Virus record (IMG/VR): IMGVR_UViG_3300046374_000008
Location: 1 to 28,799 of that record
DNA from: a virus
Lineage: Duplodnaviria; Caudoviricetes
Length of the DNA stretch: 28,799 bases
Strand: one strand, 5' to 3'
Of the stretch, positions 22,395-28,799 are shown in pieces. The stretch's first letter is position 1. Each line of letters opens with the position of its first letter. The position numbers and the translations under genes are program-made. The notes under the pieces are model-generated. The model made no database searches, was not told the origin of the DNA, and worked only from the letters and a program-made list of their open reading frames with translations.

Positions 22395-22997
22395 ATGGCA
22401 AAGGGACAAGCGCAGCAAGGTGCCGGATTCGGTCAAAATCTCCCGTCGTGGCTTGGCATGGCCAGTCAATATTTTGGCGGCGGCCAAGGAGGGTACGGCC
22501 AGCCGCAGACCGGGCAGCTAGGGCCTGGTCCCCCCATGGTTGCTGATTTCTCGCATGGGGCGGGGCTCTATCAGCCAAATCAGGTAGCCCCCTATTACGC
22601 AGGAGGAGGGCAACCGCCACAATCGCCGCAGCCACCCACACCAACCCCACCGCTGGGCGCTACACCGGGCGTCACCCCCCCATTTGGCGGCCCTCCTGGG
22701 TTGCTGGGGAGCGGGACCGGTCAACAAGGCGGGTGGCAGAATCCATGGCTACAGGGCGGGGGCCTAATGGGGCAAATGGGGCAGAATCAAATGATGCCGA
22801 ATTGGCACAATCGCGGCTATCCGACGCCGGCACCAACGCAAGCCGGCGGCTCTCCGACCGGCGGCTATCCGATGTCGGCACCAACGCAAGGCGGTGCGGT
22901 CTCAGCGCCCATGCAAAGCGGCACCGTGAATCCATACTACGGCGGCGGTGGAGCTTATCCGGCAGGCTTATTCGGCAGTTATGGCGTAGGGATGTAA
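22395..22997 (+). CDS. Gly/Pro/Gln-rich low-complexity protein, 200 aa
   Basis: GGGAG SD; fills the gap exactly; only three charged residues. Confidence 0.7.
   Translation: MAKGQAQQGAGFGQNLPSWLGMASQYFGGGQGGYGQPQTGQLGPGPPMVADFSHGAGLYQPNQVAPYYAGGGQPPQSPQPPTPTPPLGATPGVTPPFGGPPGLLGSGTGQQGGWQNPWLQGGGLMGQMGQNQMMPNWHNRGYPTPAPTQAGGSPTGGYPMSAPTQGGAVSAPMQSGTVNPYYGGGGAYPAGLFGSYGVGM
22813..22894 (+). repeat. 48-bp-period coding repeat (GYPxxAPTQ x2)
   Basis: GCGGCTATCCGAyGyCGGCACCAACGCAAGsCGG at 22813 and 22861. Confidence 0.85.
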
Positions 22998-23000
22998 GAG

Positions 23001-24641
23001 ATGCTTGATTTTTCCCAACTTCTCGGTCTTCCCGGCGGAAACACTCAAAATGACCCGACGGGGCTTCTGACTCCGCAGCAACAGGGTGACATCAACCAGA
23101 ACACGATGATGTCGATCGCGGCGGGGCTGATGAAGGCTGGTGGCCCGAGCCCTTACAAGGCCAAGATGACCACGCTGTCAGGTATCGGCGAAGCGCTTCA
23201 AGGCGGCCTTGCTGCACGGGCGCAAGCTCAGAAGGATGCGATAACTCAGTCTTATGTCCGCACCCAAATGATGGATAAATTTCTTCCGATCATGAAAGAA
23301 ATTCGGATGTATGAAGAAGCGGGGATCGAACCTCCTGCGCAGCTCACCCGCATGCGCACACTCATGTCAAACATGATAGGAGGCGGCGCTCCCGTAGCAC
23401 CTGGGGCGCAGGCACAAGCCGGTGCTTCAGTTGTTCCTCCCGTTCCCGGTTCACCTACTGCGCCTTCTCTTCCTGCTGGCGGCGGCGGTGCGGTGGCTCC
23501 CGGCACTCCAGCTCCAGCTCCCGGCACTCCCGCTCCAGCTCCCGGCACTACCGCTGACACTTCCGTCGTTCCGCGCATCATGTCGATGGAAGAATTTGCG
23601 AGAACACATGGATTCATCCAGCCTGGTCGACCTGCCTACGCCTTGATGCCGGATAGCCCGCAGCACGCAGCGCTTAAGGATGCATATCAAAAATATCAGG
23701 ACGCGGTGAGTCCTGAAAGAAGGGCTTCGGAAGAAGAAAAAGCGGTCACGGCAGGCGATGTTGCGCATTACGGGAATCAGTATGTCGGAATTCAAGCCGC
23801 GCGACGTGCGGGTGAAAAGGTTCTCGGCATCGTCGATCAGGCCAAAGCCGTCGTCGATCTCATGGATAAAAGCGGATATAAGCCCGGTGGAATAGCAGGT
23901 CCCGAGCTTCAACTTGCGTGGCGTCGGTTCGCTGCCAATACCGGATTGGGCGATCCCAATTCGGCATTCAGTCCTGAAGTATTTAAAAAAGTCACTCAGG
24001 AAGCTCTACAAGGAATCCAAGAAGAGGCATCGGCTACCGCTGCGGAAATAAAAGGAGCGGCTGGGCGCAATCTTCTAGCGACGGTCAAACTTCAACTTGG
24101 CTCGAGTCCGAGTACGGACATCACGATTCCTTCGAATCGCTATCTTCTCGATCAGATGGCGACTCATGCCGAGCATTCCGTCAACATGGGCACCGAAGCC
24201 ACCAAATATAAAGCAGGCAACAAGTTTAAACGTCTGGACGAAGGGTGGGATGCCAAAGAGACTGAACTGAATGCAGCGCATCGAGAGGCTCAATTAAAGC
24301 GACTTCAGACTCAAGGATTGGCTGGAATGACTCCGACGCCATCCGGCACACCGGCAGCAGGGCAGCAACTCAGCCCCGGAATGTTCAGTCCACAGGGACC
24401 GGGTGCGCCTTCAGGCTTCAATCCGATCACGTCCGGTGCGCCTGCCGCACCGGGAACACCGGTTGTGCCAGGAGGAGCGCAGGCTGCACCGGCTCAACCG
24501 GCTGCAAGGCCGCCGATGGAGATCGGTCGTGTCTATACTCGCGTCGAGCCGGATGGGTCGAAGACTCATATCAAATTGTTCCCCGGTGAAACGGTGCCTG
24601 TTCCTGTAGACGCAAGGGGGAATAAACTTGGCCAAAAATAG
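23001..24641 (+). CDS. Putative internal virion/ejection protein, 546 aa
   Basis: Position; IAAGLM..GGPS...GIG.ALQ.GL N-terminus; helical core with Pro/Ala linkers. Confidence 0.65.
   Translation: MLDFSQLLGLPGGNTQNDPTGLLTPQQQGDINQNTMMSIAAGLMKAGGPSPYKAKMTTLSGIGEALQGGLAARAQAQKDAITQSYVRTQMMDKFLPIMKEIRMYEEAGIEPPAQLTRMRTLMSNMIGGGAPVAPGAQAQAGASVVPPVPGSPTAPSLPAGGGGAVAPGTPAPAPGTPAPAPGTTADTSVVPRIMSMEEFARTHGFIQPGRPAYALMPDSPQHAALKDAYQKYQDAVSPERRASEEEKAVTAGDVAHYGNQYVGIQAARRAGEKVLGIVDQAKAVVDLMDKSGYKPGGIAGPELQLAWRRFAANTGLGDPNSAFSPEVFKKVTQEALQGIQEEASATAAEIKGAAGRNLLATVKLQLGSSPSTDITIPSNRYLLDQMATHAEHSVNMGTEATKYKAGNKFKRLDEGWDAKETELNAAHREAQLKRLQTQGLAGMTPTPSGTPAAGQQLSPGMFSPQGPGAPSGFNPITSGAPAAPGTPVVPGGAQAAPAQPAARPPMEIGRVYTRVEPDGSKTHIKLFPGETVPVPVDARGNKLGQK
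23496..23549 (+). repeat. 21-bp coding tandem repeat (APGTPAP x about 2.6)
   Basis: GCTCCCGGCACTCCmGCTCCA repeated. Confidence 0.9.
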
Positions 24642-26490
24642 TGATGTTGCAGTCCCGGAAGGCTACGAAGCTTCTGGTGTAGAAATTCCAGAGGGTTTCC
24701 AGCCGCAGAAGGGCACCGTGGAGGACGTCGCCCGCGGCGTCGGCTCCGGTATCCTCATGTCGCCGGCCGATCTCGCCGGCATGCCGGGCGATCTCGCGAA
24801 GTATGCGAGGGAGAAAGGAGCTGGGTCTGTTGTCGATGCAATCATGAGTACGATTCCTGGCTACAGTTTATATCGATCTTTGACCCAGCCTAAACTGTCG
24901 GATTTGGTCACAGACAAAAAACGATTGCCAATTGATTTGCCAACTAGTGAGGACATAAAACAAGGGATTCCCGGCTATAAAAGTCTCGATTATGAACCGG
25001 AATCACATGCTGGCGAGATCGGCAAGCGAGTCGGTTCATTTCTCGGCGGTTCGGTACTCGCCCCCTGGAAGACCGGTGCTCAATTGGCAGCGAATGTCGG
25101 CCGCTTCGGTCTTGCGCCGGCTGTCGGATCGGAGGCCGCTGGGGAGCTGGCTCACCAATATGCTCCAAATCTGGAGGGTACGGCTCGTCTCTTGGGTGGC
25201 ATGTTCGGGAGCGCGAAAGCGAGCAAGTACATCAGTCCAAATGCATCGACAGCTCCGCCGGCATCGCGCGCGGCCTACGCCCAGCATGTCGAAGACGTAG
25301 AAAATGCGCTCGGACATAAAGCGACCCCTGGTGAACGTTCCAACAGCATTCTCCAGCGCATCAAAGAGGAGGAATCGAACCCGGATCGCTATCTTGAGAA
25401 CCGCGAAGCGATCACCCGTGGGGCGACAAAAGCCGTCGGGCCCGAGTTCGAAGCCCCTACCATCGACATGGCAACGCGGGACGCTGCCGGTAACGTCGTC
25501 AAGCCGGGTTGGCTCGAAAGAACACGAAGCGCGATCGGGAAAAAATTCGAGGACGTCACCAGTAATCCGAGAAATAACTTGGAATTGGATGCCACTAATG
25601 GACCACAAACATCGAGAGCGGTTATCAACCTGACAAACAAGTATAGGCACTCGGCTGGATACGATCAAGACGCCGTCACTGCTTTGGAAAATGCAGCAAA
25701 TCATGTAAGCGACACTCTGAACGCCAATGGGACAAGCGCCCGCAGTGGGGGCCTCCATCTGACCGCCGAGCAGTATCAGAGGATGCGTTCCAGCCTCATG
25801 GACACTGCAATGAATTCGGAGGGTCAGAAGTCACAGGCGCTGCATGACTTCATCAAGGTCCTGGATGATTCATTCGACCGAAGTCTGAGGACCTACAATC
25901 CCAATGACCTCAGCAAGATCCAGACTGCGCGTAAGCAGTGGCGAGCGATGCTGACGGTCGAGAAAGCGGCTAATCGCGCCGATGTCGACCATCTCACGGC
26001 TGCGAATCTCGATTCCGCTGCACAGCAGACCTACGGCAAGACCGCGCATCTGGAGGGAAAGACGCCGTTCTGGTGGGCACCGTCGGCCAAGGCGGTCTTC
26101 AACACGCTGCCCAACAGTAACACGGCACGCCGTGCGGAAGCGCGGAAATCCCTGGAAGACTTCGTGGGAGGCATCCTTGGTCCAGCTGGATATTTCGCTG
26201 GATTGCATCTAGGCGGCGGTGCGGAACACGCTGTTGGTGGTCTTCTGATGACTGAAAAGCAGGCTCCGATGGTCGCCAAAATGGCGCATCCCTATATCGA
26301 GCATATCGCCTCCCAACCCTGGTTCCAGGCTTACGCCGGGAATCAAATTCTCGCGGGTGCTCCCAGCACGGCGGGCAAGCGTCTCGTCAAAGCGGAAGCC
26401 TTGCGAACACCGGAATATGTAGACGAGGAGAAGAAGAGACCGCGTCTTCCTCTCACTGTCGGACCTGGGCTGTTAGGGGAGAATCAATGA
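24628..26490 (+). CDS. Putative internal virion/ejection protein, 620 aa
   Basis: TTG after AGGGGG; DVA.GV..G....PA.LAG.PGD and YEP....G motifs; last large ORF before lysis genes. Confidence 0.65.
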   Translation: MAKNSDVAVPEGYEASGVEIPEGFQPQKGTVEDVARGVGSGILMSPADLAGMPGDLAKYAREKGAGSVVDAIMSTIPGYSLYRSLTQPKLSDLVTDKKRLPIDLPTSEDIKQGIPGYKSLDYEPESHAGEIGKRVGSFLGGSVLAPWKTGAQLAANVGRFGLAPAVGSEAAGELAHQYAPNLEGTARLLGGMFGSAKASKYISPNASTAPPASRAAYAQHVEDVENALGHKATPGERSNSILQRIKEEESNPDRYLENREAITRGATKAVGPEFEAPTIDMATRDAAGNVVKPGWLERTRSAIGKKFEDVTSNPRNNLELDATNGPQTSRAVINLTNKYRHSAGYDQDAVTALENAANHVSDTLNANGTSARSGGLHLTAEQYQRMRSSLMDTAMNSEGQKSQALHDFIKVLDDSFDRSLRTYNPNDLSKIQTARKQWRAMLTVEKAANRADVDHLTAANLDSAAQQTYGKTAHLEGKTPFWWAPSAKAVFNTLPNSNTARRAEARKSLEDFVGGILGPAGYFAGLHLGGGAEHAVGGLLMTEKQAPMVAKMAHPYIEHIASQPWFQAYAGNQILAGAPSTAGKRLVKAEALRTPEYVDEEKKRPRLPLTVGPGLLGENQ

Positions 26491-28229
26491 CACAACACAA
26501 TCCCATCTGTATCAGTTCGGGCCATGGCAAGAAGATTCGCGGCGCTGCCGGCTCGCCGATTCCACCGGAAATGGACGAGGTGGACGAGGTGCGGAAGATC
26601 GTGGATCGCGTCGCAGAAATCCTGAATGCCGGCGGTGTCACGGTTTATACTTTTCACGATGACGTAAGCACTTCTTCCAGCCAAAATCTCAATACCATCT
26701 GTGCATTTCATAACTCGAAAACGCGAACTCTCGACGTTTCGGTACACCTCAATGCGACGGAGGGTGCTCACGGCACTGAGGTCCTTTACGTCACTCAGGA
26801 GACCTTGGCGGCCGAGGTCTCGCACGCTATCGCCAGAGCCGGTGGATTCACTGACCGGGGTGCGAAGTATCGGAGTGACCTGACGTTCCTCCAGTCAACC
26901 GACATGCCGGCCATCCTGCTGGAATGTTGGTTTTGTGACAGCGCCTCGGACTGCAACTTGGCCCGCGCGCACTGGGAGGCCATCTGTCACGCCATCGCCG
27001 AGAGCATCGCCGGCAAATCGCTGGTAGGGACACCTCCCGAGCCCGAGCCGCCCGGCGAACGACCACCGATTCTCGATCTGGGCGATGACATGTCGCGACC
27101 GCTGATCGGCCAGGGTGACTATGGAAATAACGTGCGGGAATTGCAGACTTGTTTACAGATCACCGTGGATGGTGATTTCGGACCTGGCACCCATTCGGCG
27201 GTGATGAACTTCCAGCAGAATCAGAGTCTCAGTGTCGACGGCCTGGTTGGCGAGATGACATGGACGGCGCTCGATGATGAATTTGGACTCGTACGTTATC
27301 CGCCACCACTACCGCCGAAATTCAGCGATAGCGTCATCAGAGAGATCACCGATCTCGCCATCAACCATCCGATCGCACAGTATTCGTGGAGGGACCGTGG
27401 ACGATCCCCAGCAGGTTATATCAAAGGAATTGCGATCAGTTATGCACAAGCTTGCATGCGATATAATGCAGGCGATCCAATTGCCCAAGAATGGGGAAAA
27501 GCCAACACCGGCAATGACGCCCTGGACGCGATATCTTGGTACAATTCAAATTTCGCCGACCTTGGAATGTCTAACGAGACCGACAGCATCGAAACGATGC
27601 GCCATCTCTTCGTGCTGCTCATGGGTCTTGGCATGCGAGAAAGCTCCGGTCAATTTTGCTGCGGGCGCGATCAGTCGGCAACGAACACCTCTGCCGACAC
27701 TGCCGAGGCCGGGCTGTTTCAGACAAGCTGGAATGCCCGCTCGTGCTGCACGGACTTCATCAATTTGAGCGATCAGTGGGATAAGGATTCGCCTCAAGGG
27801 TATATGTCTATCTTCGCGGAGGATGTGTCATGCTCAAGCTCGGACTGGGCTTGCTACGGAAGCGGCGATGGTTTTCGCTTTCAAGAATTATGCAAATACA
27901 GCCCCGTATTCGCCGTCGAAACGTGTGCGACCGGCCTACGGAATTTACGACAACACTGGGGTCCAATAAATCGCAAGGAAGCAGAAATCCGCCGCGAAGC
28001 AGACGATCTTTTTAAACAGATTCAGGATATCGTCGCCAATCTCGGTGGGCTGTGGAAGGTGAGTTGGGGGACAGACGTGCGGACACCGGCTATGACGATG
28101 AGCACCACCATGGTGCGGGCGCTCCTGAATCGCAAAGAAGCGATCACTGAAGGGTCAGCCAATCAGTGGAGCGATACGCATCGCTGGCTGGTCGACAGTG
28201 TGGACTACCTGCTTAGAAAGCAGCTGTGA
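26487..28229 (+). CDS. Modular endolysin: Amidase_3 + peptidoglycan-binding domain + putative lysozyme/SLT-like domain
   Basis: SSGHG..E, SVHLNA, GTEV, PAILLE (Amidase_3); V.ELQ..L...VDG.FGP.T..AV..FQ....L.VDG.VG..TW (PG_binding_1); RESSG...AGLFQ. Confidence 0.9.
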   Translation: MTQHNPICISSGHGKKIRGAAGSPIPPEMDEVDEVRKIVDRVAEILNAGGVTVYTFHDDVSTSSSQNLNTICAFHNSKTRTLDVSVHLNATEGAHGTEVLYVTQETLAAEVSHAIARAGGFTDRGAKYRSDLTFLQSTDMPAILLECWFCDSASDCNLARAHWEAICHAIAESIAGKSLVGTPPEPEPPGERPPILDLGDDMSRPLIGQGDYGNNVRELQTCLQITVDGDFGPGTHSAVMNFQQNQSLSVDGLVGEMTWTALDDEFGLVRYPPPLPPKFSDSVIREITDLAINHPIAQYSWRDRGRSPAGYIKGIAISYAQACMRYNAGDPIAQEWGKANTGNDALDAISWYNSNFADLGMSNETDSIETMRHLFVLLMGLGMRESSGQFCCGRDQSATNTSADTAEAGLFQTSWNARSCCTDFINLSDQWDKDSPQGYMSIFAEDVSCSSSDWACYGSGDGFRFQELCKYSPVFAVETCATGLRNLRQHWGPINRKEAEIRREADDLFKQIQDIVANLGGLWKVSWGTDVRTPAMTMSTTMVRALLNRKEAITEGSANQWSDTHRWLVDSVDYLLRKQL

Positions 28230-28233
28230 TCGC

Positions 28234-28422
28234 GTGCGGGAACCGGAACCACAAATTGGGCATGTCGTACTCGACTTCAAGAAATCCGGTCGAATCGACG
28301 TGGTTACCGAGTATGAAAGAATCGTAGTAGTTGGCGTCAAATATGAAGGCCAACGCGTGCTGCACTTCTACTCGATGAACGAGCTGCGGTGGAACGACGA
28401 TCACTGGGTGGTGATCAAATAG
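28234..28422 (+). CDS. Hypothetical protein, about 62 aa
   Basis: Fills the gap after endolysin; start uncertain (ORF open from 28198). Confidence 0.5.
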   Translation: MREPEPQIGHVVLDFKKSGRIDVVTEYERIVVVGVKYEGQRVLHFYSMNELRWNDDHWVVIK

Positions 28423-28432
28423 GAGGACGGCC

Positions 28433-28594
28433 ATGTCGTTCGCGTTGCTGTTTGCGGTGCTGATGATCATGTGGGCGATCAGCTGGTTTTGGCAGGCACC
28501 GGGTCCCTATGGGCCTTATGCAAACAACGTTGTCTTATGGATTTTATTGGCTCTTCTGGGCTGGCACGTGTTTGGGCCATTGTTGCACCCATGA
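28433..28594 (+). CDS. Two-TM small membrane protein, 53 aa (holin candidate)
   Basis: Read manually: MSFALLFAVLMIMWAISWFW...NNVVLWILLALLGWHVFGPLLHP; AGGAGG SD; near endolysin. Confidence 0.75.
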   Translation: MSFALLFAVLMIMWAISWFWQAPGPYGPYANNVVLWILLALLGWHVFGPLLHP

Positions 28595-28607
28595 ATCCTG
28601 GGGTCAC

Positions 28608-28799
28608 ATGAGCATCATCCAAGAAGGCGGTAAAGTCGCTACTGGCGCTGTCGAAGCTATGAAGGGCACACCCCTTGGTATTGCCCTCTTGGTCGTCAAC
28701 ATGGCGTTCTTAGCCTTTGTGGGCTACGTGCTGGGCGAAGTCGCCGAGAATGCCAAAGTCCGCAATACCAGCCAGATGGATCTAATCGGTAAGCTAGTA
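28608..28799 (+). CDS. Single-TM membrane protein, truncated by window end (holin or spanin candidate)
   Basis: MSIIQEGGKVATGAVEAMKGTPLGIALLVVNMAFLAFVGYVLG...; open to the end of the window. Confidence 0.65.
   Translation, partial: MSIIQEGGKVATGAVEAMKGTPLGIALLVVNMAFLAFVGYVLGEVAENAKVRNTSQMDLIGKLV

Larger units (their letters stand above)
1..28799 (+). mobile_element. Tailed phage (Caudoviricetes, podovirus-like) packaging, morphogenesis and lysis region; partial genome
   Basis: Colinear terL-portal-scaffold-capsid-adaptor-fibre-nozzle-ejection-lysis genes on one strand with tight start/stop overlaps; no tape measure, tail tube or sheath recognised; no host housekeeping genes. Confidence 0.97.

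Noticed and set aside
1-28799. Gene transfer agent or integrated prophage boundary
   Set aside because: Only the head spike is GTA-like; head and tail genes are podovirus-type; no integrase, att site or host genes are visible, so lifestyle cannot be called

Overview
A 28.8-kb segment of a tailed dsDNA phage (podovirus-like, P22/SU10-type head genes), with every credible gene on the + strand. Order: a repeat-rich non-coding left end; small ORFs; terminase large subunit; an accessory island (Acb2/Tad1-like protein, twin-arginine-motif protein, two 23-aa membrane peptides, Cys-rich and basic proteins); portal with a 106-aa polyproline insert; an Amidase_2 protein; scaffold; major capsid; RcGTA-like head-spike base plus a 1134-aa duplicated head fibre ending in an L-type lectin-like domain; adaptor; tail fibres and nozzle; ejection proteins; and a lysis module (multi-domain endolysin, holin candidates) cut by the right edge. 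An alphaproteobacterial host is inferred from family recall. No integrase, tRNA, rRNA or CRISPR array was recognised. All family calls come from motif recognition, not database searches. The most notable signals are the candidate counter-defence island between terL and portal, a long hairpin burying the portal RBS and AUG, pervasive Pro-rich and prion-like low-complexity sequence in virion proteins, and the modular lectin-tipped head fibre.
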